64,000 nucleotides of DNA from an uncultured cyanobacterium (GTDB taxonomy: Bacteria > Cyanobacteriota > Cyanobacteriia > Phormidesmidales > Phormidesmidaceae). The position numbers and the translations under genes are program-made. How positions within the stretch are numbered: position 1 is the first letter of the stretch; every line of letters begins with the position of its first letter. The stretch is from assembly GCA_963793265.1 (NCBI GenBank), contig CAWBZI010000002.1, positions 512,001 through 576,000 on the forward strand, read 5' to 3'. Below, piece after piece: positions 38,245 through 47,223 of this stretch. A model generated the notes under the pieces. It was not told the origin of the DNA. It ran no database searches and saw only the letters and a program-made list of their open reading frames with translations.

Positions 38245-39366
38245 GTGTCAAATATCGGTGAGAAATGGCAGCAGCGGATTGCCAAAAAGGGTTCACCGCG
38301 TAACGGTTCAACAGGCCACGGTTCAACAGGCCACGGTTCGGCAGATCATAACGGCGCTCATGATCGTGAGCATCGCGCTCACGATCATGAGCATCGCGCT
38401 CACGATAGCCACGGCCACGATAGCCACGGTCATGCCAATCACGAGCATCCAAACTACAAAAGCTTTTACACCTATCGCGCCGAAGTCAGACGAGTCCTCT
38501 TAATTACGCTAGTGCTCAACGTGCTGGTCGTAGTGCTTAAGCTAGTCGTTGGGAGCTGGACGGGCTCGCTCAGTTTGCTTGCAGACGCGCTCCACAGCAT
38601 TACCGACAGCGCCAATAACGTCTTGGGCTTAGTGACTAACCAACTGGCCTCGCCCGTCCCTGATCGCGACCATCCCTACGGCCATCAAAAGTATGAGGCC
38701 GTTGGTGCGCTCGGAATTGCAGCATTTTTAGGAATTGCCTGCTTTGAAATCTTGAAGGGCGCTGGCGAACGGCTTTTGTATGAAAGCGAGCCGGTACAGA
38801 TGGGCGCTACTTCGCTATGGTTTTTAATCGCGGTGCTGGGCATCAACATTTTCGTCGCCTTCTACGAGCGGCGGGTCGGTACTCGCTTAGGCAGCAACAT
38901 TTTGATTGCCGACGCGCAGCACACGATGAGCGACATCTGGATCACCATCGCGGTGCTGGGCGGCTTGATTGGTGTATGGAGTGGCGTGCAGTGGCTAGAC
39001 GTGGTGCTGGCTTTTCCGGTGGCGCTACTGGTGATTCGCAGTGGGTGGGTGGTGCTGTCGGCAAATTTGCCCTGGCTGGTTGATGAAATGGCGATCGCAC
39101 CCGAGGCCATTCACGCTGAAGTGATGAAAGTGCCCGGCGTTTTGAACTGCCACAGCATCGCCTCACGCGGCCTGTTAGGTCGTCAGGTCTTTATCGACAT
39201 GCACCTAATCGTAGAACCTCAAGATGTACTAGGCGCACACGATATCACCGAGCAAGTAGAACAACAGCTTGAGGCGGAGTTTGGCCCCATTCGAGTGACC
39301 ATTCATATAGAGCCGCATAGCTATGTCGAGAGAGAGATTAGCTACGGGATGAGCGAACACACATGA
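38245..39366 (+). CDS. Cation diffusion facilitator (FieF-like) with His-rich N-terminal extension
   Basis: 'ADALHSITD', 'HPYGH.KYE', 'ADAQHTMSD'; GTG at 38245 follows GGAGG at 38230-38234. Confidence 0.9.
   Translation: MSNIGEKWQQRIAKKGSPRNGSTGHGSTGHGSADHNGAHDREHRAHDHEHRAHDSHGHDSHGHANHEHPNYKSFYTYRAEVRRVLLITLVLNVLVVVLKLVVGSWTGSLSLLADALHSITDSANNVLGLVTNQLASPVPDRDHPYGHQKYEAVGALGIAAFLGIACFEILKGAGERLLYESEPVQMGATSLWFLIAVLGINIFVAFYERRVGTRLGSNILIADAQHTMSDIWITIAVLGGLIGVWSGVQWLDVVLAFPVALLVIRSGWVVLSANLPWLVDEMAIAPEAIHAEVMKVPGVLNCHSIASRGLLGRQVFIDMHLIVEPQDVLGAHDITEQVEQQLEAEFGPIRVTIHIEPHSYVEREISYGMSEHT
38303..38430 (+). repeat. In-frame tandem repeats of 15, 21 and 15 bp encoding a His-rich tract
   Basis: ACGGTTCAACAGGCC x2; GCTCAyGATCrTGAGCATCGC x2; CACGATAGCCACGGy x2. 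Confidence 0.8.
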
Positions 39367-39881
39367 ATTTACCCACCTGGATTACAGTTTCTCGACTACT
39401 CGGCGTGCCAATTGTTCTAATCGCACTGCTCAATCCAACAGAGTCTCATCGTTGGATCAGCGTCGTCGCCTTTGTTATTTTTGCAGGCACCGACTGGCTC
39501 GACGGCTACTTAGCGCGAAAGCTCAATCAGGTCACCGACTTAGGCAAGTTTTTAGACCCCTTAGTAGACAAGCTGTTAGTGATGGCTCCTTTAATGGCCC
39601 TAGTAGGCTTAGGTGAGATTCCTGCTTGGGGCGTATTTCTGATTTTAGCGAGAGAGCTAACGATCTCGGGCTGGCGGGTAAATCCTGTTTTTCAGCAGGG
39701 GAAAGTGCCGGGCGCTGGAATATGGGGAAAGGCAAAAACAGTGGTACAGATTATTGCGATCGCCCTCTTACTCGCACCTTTAGTCGGCATTTGGCAAACC
39801 GCAGGCATTGTTCTTTTTTGGGTAGCGGTCGCCCTTACTTGGGTATCAGGACTACTATATCTGTTGCCTGCTAAGGCTTAA
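39363..39881 (+). CDS. pgsA: CDP-diacylglycerol--glycerol-3-phosphate 3-phosphatidyltransferase
   Basis: 'TDWLDGYLARK...GKFLDPLVDK'. Confidence 0.93.
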   Translation: MNLPTWITVSRLLGVPIVLIALLNPTESHRWISVVAFVIFAGTDWLDGYLARKLNQVTDLGKFLDPLVDKLLVMAPLMALVGLGEIPAWGVFLILARELTISGWRVNPVFQQGKVPGAGIWGKAKTVVQIIAIALLLAPLVGIWQTAGIVLFWVAVALTWVSGLLYLLPAKA

Positions 39882-39961
39882 GTAAAACCTTTCAGCAACG
39901 GGTTCTTAGCAACTACAAGGTTATAATGAAAGAGCACAACCAAGCAACGAGGTCACAACAT

Positions 39962-40222
39962 ATGACCGTCAGGCAACCCCGATACAGTAAAGAGGAATTT
40001 GCTCAACGTGGCGATGCGATATATAAAAACCAAGTGCAGGCTCAAGTAGAAAAAGAAAACCACGGCAAGATTGTAGCGATTGATATTGAAACCGGGGCTT
40101 TTGAAGTTGCAGACGAGATCTTAGCTGCAACCAATCGTTTATTTGAAAGAATCCCAAACGCTCAGCCTTGGATAGTTCGCATTGGGCACCGTGCGGTTCA
40201 TCGCTTTGGCATAACTCTTTAA
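39962..40222 (+). CDS. Small hypothetical protein of a type usually paired with a clan-AA aspartic protease
   Basis: 'YSKEEFAQRGDAIY', 'GKIVAIDIETG.FEV', 'RIGHRAVHRFG'; ATG at 39962. Confidence 0.6.
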   Translation: MTVRQPRYSKEEFAQRGDAIYKNQVQAQVEKENHGKIVAIDIETGAFEVADEILAATNRLFERIPNAQPWIVRIGHRAVHRFGITL

Positions 40223-40226
40223 TCAA

Positions 40227-40298
40227 GATGTTTACGGCTACGACTTGCGAATTCCGGTAGTGGAAGGTGGCAAGGTTGCGATAAAAGCGATTGAGTAG
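40227..40298 (+). pseudogene. C-terminal remnant of a clan-AA aspartic protease gene
   Basis: Reads DVYGYDLRIPVVEGGKVAIKAIE*, like the 'L.GY.L.I.V.EGG.V.I..L' tail of that family; no in-frame start. Confidence 0.55.
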
Positions 40299-40331
40299 GC
40301 ATAGGTAGAAGACTCAACAAACACCATAGTT

Positions 40332-43300
40332 TCAGCAAGAGATTGCAATATGAGAGCCGCTGGCATCCTTACTTACGTCTATCCGCGTTTGAAAGGCTTC
40401 GCGGAAATGGGGCATGTGGGTGATAGTGAGAATGCAGGCAAAGTCAGGCGCGATCGCCTCAATCGCAGCAATCAATCGATCGCACCCTTCCTTATCTTGC
40501 GTACCAAACCCCTCATCAACAACCAGCATTTGCAACGCGGTACCTGAGCGCATGGCTAATAGACGCGCGATCGCTAATCGAATCGAAAAGTTCACCCGAA
40601 AAGCCTCACCCCCTGAATAAGTCTCATAAGGCCGAGTGCCGTGAGCATCTGCAATCAAAATATCTAAAGTATCAATCATCTTGTGCTTCTGCTTTCCCGC
40701 CCGCTGCGTCACGAACTGCACATGAAGCTGATGATCGCTGAGTCGGCCTAAGATTTGATTGGTTTCGGCCTCTAGCTGAGGCAGCAGATTTTCGATCATC
40801 AAAGCCTGAATACCACTGCGGCCATAGGCTTCGGCTAAAGACTTGTATACCTTATATTTATGACGAATGTCAGCCAAGCTAGTTTGCTGCTGTTCGTGTT
40901 GGGCCTGGATTGTTTCTAGCTGTAAAAGCTGTTGTTGCAGCCTACCGAGCTGTGAAAGCTGGTGATCGCGCTCCGCCTGAAAATTCGCCAGCGCTGTCTC
41001 TACAGCCTTAATTTCTACCGTAGAGTCGGCATTATCCTCAAGCTGCCGTTCGAGTACAGCAATCTGTTGCTCTATCGCGCTAAGGGTTGCTGTTCGTTGC
41101 TCACAAAGCGCATCTAGATGCTTTACCCTTTGTTTCTCTTCGGCATACTGGTTTTGCGCCTGCTGTAGCATATGATATTTCGCTTCCCACACGCGAGAGC
41201 GCTTAAGCTGGGCTCTAATTTGGTTGTGCTGCGCCAGGCTGTAATCTATCTCTTGTAGTTTGCAGTCAATAGCATTAAGAGCCTGCTGAGTAGGGCTCTT
41301 TTCTTGCGAAGCGATCGCCTTTTGCTGCGCCTTCAAATCGGCCTCTAGCTGAGGTCGTTGTAGCTCAATTTGATTTAACCGATGTTCAGCCTGCTTAATT
41401 TCCGCATACTTAAGTTCGCTCCAACGTAATCTATCGACCTGCGATCGCAACAAAGCATGATTCCGATCGTCATAGGCCATCGCTAATAGCTCGTCCTTTA
41501 CCCGCCGCAACTCATCCTGCAAACTCTCAGCATAGTCATTCTCCTGCAAGCAGCGCTCTAGCTGCGATCGCTCAGCCGTCGTTTCTTGCAGCCTATCTTG
41601 CAGCGTGTCTGCTGAAGCCAGCTTTGCTTTCAGCTTCCCGCGTTCTTCAAGCACAGGCGCATACTTCGACAGCTCCTTTTCTAACACGCGATATTCCTGC
41701 CGCAGCACCTGAATCTCGCTCTCGCTAACGGCAAGCTGCTCGCGAATGGCCCAAATTTGGTTTTGTACCTCATCGCGTTCTTGTAGGGTGCGATCGCGCA
41801 AAGCCTGCCAGTGATTGCCTGACAAACCCTGTTCACACAAAGGGCATTGTGCAATATCTGGATCTTCCAACCGTTTTAGAGTCTGATCGAACTGAGCTAG
41901 CGACACCTCATGATTGAGCTGATTGGCCTGCAACCGTTCCATAAAGCTACGCCGCTCAAGCCCCTTTTGCCGTAGCGCCTCCTGATATTCTCGCCGCTGC
42001 TCCAAATAAGCAATTCGATGAGAAACTTCAACGGCTGCTTGCATGAGCTGAGGAGCCTGCGTTTGCTGCGTCGCCATCTGCGCCTGCTGAGTTCCTAACG
42101 CTTCTATTCGAGTGACTAACCTGGTGTGAGCCTGATCGATTTGCCCTTCAATTTGCTGTAGGCGCTGTCGCAGCGGCGAGCTTTGCGCCTCCATTTTGTC
42201 GAGCTGATGCAGCTCTTTGCGGGCCTGTCGTAGCTGCGCTAGCTTACGGCTGATCTCTTCTTTATGTGAAAGCGTGGCCGCGATCTCTTGTTCTTGCGAT
42301 CGCAGTTGTGCAATCTGCCTTTCTATCTGGGCAATCGTTTGCTGCTGTTGCTGCTGCTCTTGCGAAAGCTGAAGCTGGAGCTGAAGTCGCTGCCCTTGAG
42401 CCTCTTGATAGGCGTGAAAACGCTCAGCCTGCTGTTCTTCAGTTTGTCTAAGCTGCGCTATTTGCTCATAATGGCGCTGAATTTCTGTCGCCTGAGCAAG
42501 AACTTTCTCGGTTTGCTGAAGCTGCTGCGTAGCGGCAATCAGTTCTTCTTGCGTGAGCGCCAAAGTTTGCTGCTGTTGCTGGGCCTGCTGCTGAGCTGAA
42601 TTGAGCTGTTGCTGCCACTGAAGCCGCTGCTGCTGCCTTTGCTTTAGCCCGTCGAGCTGCTGCTGTTGTTGCTGTTGCTGTTGCCGCTGTTCGGCTAAAG
42701 TCTGCTGTAGTACTTCGTAGGCTTGCTGGGTTGCTGCCTGCGTTTCGACCTGGGCCGACAGCCGTGAGATTAAAGACTCTAAAGGTTGAAGCTGAGCTTT
42801 ATAGCTGCGGGCCTGGTCTTTGGCCTGTTCGGCTAGTGAATCGTATCGGTCGAGCTTGAGCAAGTCAGCGAGCACCTGCTTGCGATCGCTAGGCCGCTTC
42901 AGCATAAACTCATCGGCTCTCCCCTGACGCAGGTAAGCCGAGTTTACAAACGTGTCGTAGTCAATTTTGAGCTGGGCTAGAATGTACTGCTGCGTAGCCC
43001 GCACACCCTTTTGCGAAATGCTCTTAAAAGTCGCGTCAGGCGCTTCAACCTGAAACTCCAGGGCGCTCATTTGGCTACGGCGGCGCGTACGAATAATTCG
43101 ATATGTTTGGCCGCTGTGCTCAAAGCAAAAGCTCACCTGGGCCTCCTTAGCCCCCTGACGAACAATGTCATCTTCAGCGCTAACGCGGCTTTGGCCCCAC
43201 ACGCACCAGGCGATCGCCTCTAGCAAAGACGACTTGCCCGCACCATTAGGCCCACACACGCAGGCCACATGCAGCCCATTAAAATCCAACGTTACCGCCT

Positions 43301-43343
43301 GGTAACTCAAGAAGTTTTTGAGGATGAGCAGCTTTGGAATCAT
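40332..43343 (-). CDS. sbcC: Exonuclease subunit SbcC (Rad50-like)
   Basis: GPNGAGKS, long coiled coil with CPLC zinc hook, 'YSGGE', 'VVDEGFG'. Confidence 0.92.
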   Translation of the reverse strand: MIPKLLILKNFLSYQAVTLDFNGLHVACVCGPNGAGKSSLLEAIAWCVWGQSRVSAEDDIVRQGAKEAQVSFCFEHSGQTYRIIRTRRRSQMSALEFQVEAPDATFKSISQKGVRATQQYILAQLKIDYDTFVNSAYLRQGRADEFMLKRPSDRKQVLADLLKLDRYDSLAEQAKDQARSYKAQLQPLESLISRLSAQVETQAATQQAYEVLQQTLAEQRQQQQQQQQQLDGLKQRQQQRLQWQQQLNSAQQQAQQQQQTLALTQEELIAATQQLQQTEKVLAQATEIQRHYEQIAQLRQTEEQQAERFHAYQEAQGQRLQLQLQLSQEQQQQQQTIAQIERQIAQLRSQEQEIAATLSHKEEISRKLAQLRQARKELHQLDKMEAQSSPLRQRLQQIEGQIDQAHTRLVTRIEALGTQQAQMATQQTQAPQLMQAAVEVSHRIAYLEQRREYQEALRQKGLERRSFMERLQANQLNHEVSLAQFDQTLKRLEDPDIAQCPLCEQGLSGNHWQALRDRTLQERDEVQNQIWAIREQLAVSESEIQVLRQEYRVLEKELSKYAPVLEERGKLKAKLASADTLQDRLQETTAERSQLERCLQENDYAESLQDELRRVKDELLAMAYDDRNHALLRSQVDRLRWSELKYAEIKQAEHRLNQIELQRPQLEADLKAQQKAIASQEKSPTQQALNAIDCKLQEIDYSLAQHNQIRAQLKRSRVWEAKYHMLQQAQNQYAEEKQRVKHLDALCEQRTATLSAIEQQIAVLERQLEDNADSTVEIKAVETALANFQAERDHQLSQLGRLQQQLLQLETIQAQHEQQQTSLADIRHKYKVYKSLAEAYGRSGIQALMIENLLPQLEAETNQILGRLSDHQLHVQFVTQRAGKQKHKMIDTLDILIADAHGTRPYETYSGGEAFRVNFSIRLAIARLLAMRSGTALQMLVVDEGFGTQDKEGCDRLIAAIEAIAPDFACILTITHMPHFREAFQTRIDVSKDASGSHIAISC

Positions 43344-43477
43344 CAGCGAACTTATTAACGAATCATCAGCGACCTTTTGCTACCAACTATTTGATAGCTT
43401 CTGAGGCTTACCTTTAATTATATTCGCTTCAGTACAAATGATCTGCTCAAACTAAATTACCTGCTGATCAAACTGAA

Positions 43478-43702
43478 TTACCCGATCTGGCAGGTGCTCT
43501 GCCCATGAATGCTCACCATAAAAGGCACACCATAAGTCAACACTGCCGAAAGCCAGCGCTGCGTGTCCATTTCACCAGCCATTAAAGCGCTGCCGTGGTT
43601 AATGATAAAAAGGAGGGTACCCACCACCAAGGCCACTCGAATAGAGAGGTTTCGGCAATGCCGATTGGCGATCGTTAGCCGAATTCGTCTGAGCTGCTGC
43701 AT
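43478..43702 (-). CDS. nrtS: NrtS-family small nitrate/nitrite transporter
   Basis: 'ALVVGTLLFIINHG...LTYGVPFMVSIHG'. Confidence 0.75.
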   Translation of the reverse strand: MQQLRRIRLTIANRHCRNLSIRVALVVGTLLFIINHGSALMAGEMDTQRWLSAVLTYGVPFMVSIHGQSTCQIG

Positions 43703-43735
43703 AGTGGCTAAAAAATCTCTCGAATAATCTAGTTC

Positions 43736-44296
43736 TTAGTAGTAAATCAGCGCTATTTCTAAGGTTTTATTACGACCCACTACCAGTACAGCCGCTTCGC
43801 TAAATCGAGGTGCTCTGGTTTGAATCTCAGGGTTTCGAGAGAAACCAAACCCTTCTGCCGGAACGCCAAAAGCGCCCGTGTTGATCGTACTATCTTCGTT
43901 TTCGTCATGAATAATAGAGACTGCGTAGTTGCCAGTCGCTAAGCCTTCAAATGTAACGGTAGGGTCTGCCTCAACATCTGTCTCAACGGAGGCTTCACTA
44001 TCGCCTGCTGCCGTACTTACCGCATCTTCAGTTGTCATAGCGTCACTGTCTACAAACTCGCTGGCCTTAACACACTGTTCTTCAACAATGGCTTCCTCGT
44101 TGCGTGGGAAACCCTGGCTGCTATTGAATAGGCTAAAGCAAACCTGGCCCTCGGCATTTCTCAGTCCGGTGACGCTAACGGTGATGCTGCCGTTATTTGG
44201 AATGCGGATAGGGGCGGGCTGTGCGATGGATGGGGCGGCGATCGCACCCAGGAAACAGGCACCGTACAAACAAGCGCGATTAAAAATATTCTGCAT
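43736..44296 (-). CDS. DUF2141-family secreted protein
   Basis: Signal peptide, 'GLRNAEGQV', 'YAVSIIHDEN', 'EGFGFSRNP'; ATG at 44296. Confidence 0.8.
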   Translation of the reverse strand: MQNIFNRACLYGACFLGAIAAPSIAQPAPIRIPNNGSITVSVTGLRNAEGQVCFSLFNSSQGFPRNEEAIVEEQCVKASEFVDSDAMTTEDAVSTAAGDSEASVETDVEADPTVTFEGLATGNYAVSIIHDENEDSTINTGAFGVPAEGFGFSRNPEIQTRAPRFSEAAVLVVGRNKTLEIALIYY

Positions 44297-44436
44297 ATGA
44301 AAAAATTTCAGGATGAACAATCGTAGCCATAAAAAAACAGAGCACAGGGCTCCGCTTTTCATCGGTTAGGAACGTGCGTTTAAACAACAGTCGCTTGAAC
44401 CGTATCCGCCGTATTTTTCGCATTTGCCGTATCTGC

Positions 44437-44465
44437 GTAGGGGCATAGCATTGCTATGCCCCTAC
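44437..44465. repeat. GTAG-type REP-like palindrome
   Basis: Perfect 14-1-14 GTAGGGGCATAGCA-T-TGCTATGCCCCTAC just downstream of rpmF. Confidence 0.7.
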
Positions 44466-44478
44466 AGTCCCTACAGCC

Positions 44479-44655
44479 CTACTCGTCGTCGTCCTCATCG
44501 TCATCCGAAGGATATTCGAAGCTATTGGACTGATTGGTCAGTACAGATTTACCGAGGGAAAGGGCGCGCTGAGCTTGGATAGCTGCTTTGCGATTCCAGG
44601 TAGCTCTGCGACTGTTGCGCTTAGATTTTGATGTTTTCTTCTTAGGAACCGCCAT
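44479..44655 (-). CDS. rpmF: 50S ribosomal protein L32
   Basis: '[20 protein letters not shown]...ALSLGKSVL' with acidic tail. Confidence 0.95.
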   Translation of the reverse strand: MAVPKKKTSKSKRNSRRATWNRKAAIQAQRALSLGKSVLTNQSNSFEYPSDDDEDDDE

Positions 44656-44853
44656 GAGCTGTGCGTAGTCGTGAAATAACCTTGCAAGTTTAATACATTT
44701 TTGCAGATGATGGAAGAGGGCACCCAACAATCTGTATCGGCAGTATAAAGACATTCATCTCTAGAGCCGGAGTATGTAGTATCTTTGGACAACATTAAGA
44801 CTTTTCTATACAGACCTGGAAACTGATCGCAGACCAAGTTCAAAGGTAGGGGT

Positions 44854-46476
44854 GTGAGCAAAGACAGGGTATGTAGCAAGCGCAGGCCAGCCGTGAGGCC
44901 GGGCGCTGATAGGATTTACTTCAGGATTGAAAGCCTGTGGGAGTGGTTGCAACGTCAGCCTAAGTCCAGGCTGATAGGATGGATTATTCTGGTTTGTCTT
45001 GTAAGCGGCACCGCTTTAGAGCTGTTAGCCAATTACTACCGACCGACTTTGCAGATTCAGCCCTGGGATTCGGCAGCAGGATTGTACGTGCTGATTTTGT
45101 TTGGATTGGGCTTACGCTATGTCCCGGTTCTGTTTTTAATCGCACTAGCCAAAAACTTACTGTGGTCTTTCAGCGGAGAAAACGCGCTGCTAAGCGGACT
45201 AGCAGCGGGGCTCTATTTGTGTGCGGGCTACTATGGCGCGTCTTTTTTACTGCTGTACCGAATTAGGATCGATCCGGGATTACGGCAGCTACGAGACGTG
45301 CTTTGGTTTGCAGGTGTATTTGCAATCATATCTTTGGCAATGTCTAGCTTATATACCACCACTCTTATTCTGATGAACCAGATGCTTTGGTCAGAATGGT
45401 TGATAAGCACCTTACGCGACTGGGCTGGAGAAATCACTGGAATTATGGCGCTCGCCCCACCGATATTGATTTTAATGCGATCGCTACCCTGGTCAAATCA
45501 GCGTCTAACGCTGCAAGCACCCGCGCCGACGATTGCCATTGCCCTGCCCAACACAAAAGCAGCGCTAGAGTGGCTTTTATTAATCGCAGCGACAGTTGTG
45601 TTTACCTGGCTAGCTTTTGGGGGGCTCCAGACGAAGACGTTGGAGTACTCCTACCTGGCATTTGTTCCTTTGATTTGGATGGCCGCTCGACACGGATTTG
45701 AAAAGACAACGGTCATCACACTTCTGATCAACACTTTTGCCATTGTGTTTGTCGAAATCAACTCAGGTAAAGGCACCCTGGCGCTGCAATTTGGACTGAT
45801 GACAATGACCTTTACCGGATTACTGCTAGGCGCTTACGTCAAAGACCGCAAAGTCGAGATTGCCCGAAGACAAGTGCTAGAAGAAAATCTTTCTTATAAA
45901 GCAACTCACGACGATCTGACTGGGCTGTACAGCCGGGCCTGGCTGCGGCAGAAACTCTCAGAAGTGATCGCTCATGCCCAATCCGACAAAACCCACTTGT
46001 TCGCCCTGCTCTTTCTCGATCTCGATCGATTTAAAGAGATCAACGATAGCTGGGGCCATTTAATGGGCGATCGCCTGCTCGTCGCCGTTAGCGAAAAAAT
46101 CATTAGAAGTGTCCCGGCTGAAGCAGCCGTTGCCCGTTTTGGGGGAGATGAGTTTGCTGTGGTGCTCAGTCGCTTAACGAGCTTTGATGAGGCGGCCTAC
46201 ATAGCGCAGCAGCTTTGCAAAACCCTCGCTTCGACCTATTCACTCAAACCGTACGAAGCATTTGTCACGGTGAGTATTGGCATTACTACCAGCGTGCTTC
46301 CCTACGAAAGACCGGAAGAAGTGCTGCGCGATGCTGATATTGCGCTCTACAAAGCCAAGCGCAATGGCCGTAATCAGGCCGTTGTTTTTAGCCGTCAAAT
46401 GTACGAGAGAGTGCTACTGCGATCACAGTTAGAAAACGACCTGCGGCAGGCCATTCGGGAACTAGAAGATGATTGA
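44854..46476 (+). CDS. MASE1-domain diguanylate cyclase
   Basis: Multi-TM MASE1-like N-terminus; 'HDDLTGL', 'DLDRFKEIND..GH..GD', 'RFGGDEF'; start uncertain. Confidence 0.88.
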   Translation: MSKDRVCSKRRPAVRPGADRIYFRIESLWEWLQRQPKSRLIGWIILVCLVSGTALELLANYYRPTLQIQPWDSAAGLYVLILFGLGLRYVPVLFLIALAKNLLWSFSGENALLSGLAAGLYLCAGYYGASFLLLYRIRIDPGLRQLRDVLWFAGVFAIISLAMSSLYTTTLILMNQMLWSEWLISTLRDWAGEITGIMALAPPILILMRSLPWSNQRLTLQAPAPTIAIALPNTKAALEWLLLIAATVVFTWLAFGGLQTKTLEYSYLAFVPLIWMAARHGFEKTTVITLLINTFAIVFVEINSGKGTLALQFGLMTMTFTGLLLGAYVKDRKVEIARRQVLEENLSYKATHDDLTGLYSRAWLRQKLSEVIAHAQSDKTHLFALLFLDLDRFKEINDSWGHLMGDRLLVAVSEKIIRSVPAEAAVARFGGDEFAVVLSRLTSFDEAAYIAQQLCKTLASTYSLKPYEAFVTVSIGITTSVLPYERPEEVLRDADIALYKAKRNGRNQAVVFSRQMYERVLLRSQLENDLRQAIRELEDD

Positions 46477-47206
46477 AAACCAGCTTCTAGTAGAGTATCA
46501 GCCGCATGTTTGTCTCAAAAGTGGAAAAATCAGCGGATTCGAGGCGCTGGTTCGGTGGCATCATCCGCACAAAGGCAGAATTGGGCCAAATGACTTCATT
46601 CCAATTGCCGAAGATACGGGACTAATTTTGCCGCTTGGTTACTGGGTGCTCAAAACAGCTTGCTATCAGGCAAAGGTTTGGCAAGGCAAGTATCCTACCC
46701 TAGTGATGTCGGTCAATCTTTCAGGCAAACAGCTCTTTCAGCCCAATGTCGCTGAGCGGGTCGCTCAAATTTTAGAGCAGACTGGTCTTTCGCCCCAAAC
46801 CTTAAGACTAGAAATTACCGAAAGCGTTTTAATGCAGAATTTTGCAGAAGCCGCTCAAAAGTTGAAGCAGCTCAGCGCAACGGGCGTTCAGCTAGCGATT
46901 GATGACTTTGGTACTGGCTATTCTTCATTAGGGCGGCTGCGCAACTTTAGCGCAGATATCTTGAAAATTGACCGGGTTTTTATCCGCGATATGCACTCAG
47001 CTAAAGAAGGCACGGAGATTGTGCAGGCCATCATTGCCCTTGGTCACGGGCTACACATGAGAATCAATGCTGAGGGCATTGAAAACGAATGTCAGCTCGC
47101 GAACCTGCGGAAGATTGGCTGTGACGAAGGGCAAGGTTTTTTGTTTGCCGCTTCGCTAAAGCCCAAGGTCGCTGCTGCCCTGCTAGCCGAAAACCGCCAG
47201 TGGTAA
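46469..47206 (+). CDS. Stand-alone EAL-domain phosphodiesterase
   Basis: 'YQP', 'FEALVRW', 'DDFGTGYSSL', 'KID', 'AEGIE', 'QGF'. Confidence 0.88.
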   Translation: MIENQLLVEYQPHVCLKSGKISGFEALVRWHHPHKGRIGPNDFIPIAEDTGLILPLGYWVLKTACYQAKVWQGKYPTLVMSVNLSGKQLFQPNVAERVAQILEQTGLSPQTLRLEITESVLMQNFAEAAQKLKQLSATGVQLAIDDFGTGYSSLGRLRNFSADILKIDRVFIRDMHSAKEGTEIVQAIIALGHGLHMRINAEGIENECQLANLRKIGCDEGQGFLFAASLKPKVAAALLAENRQW

Positions 47207-47223
47207 GCGGGCAATAATAGCGC

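Noticed and set aside
40332..43343. sbcC without adjacent sbcD as a novel SMC defence system
   Set aside because: Typical SbcC motifs; unlinked sbcD is common in cyanobacteria; no partner genes nearby
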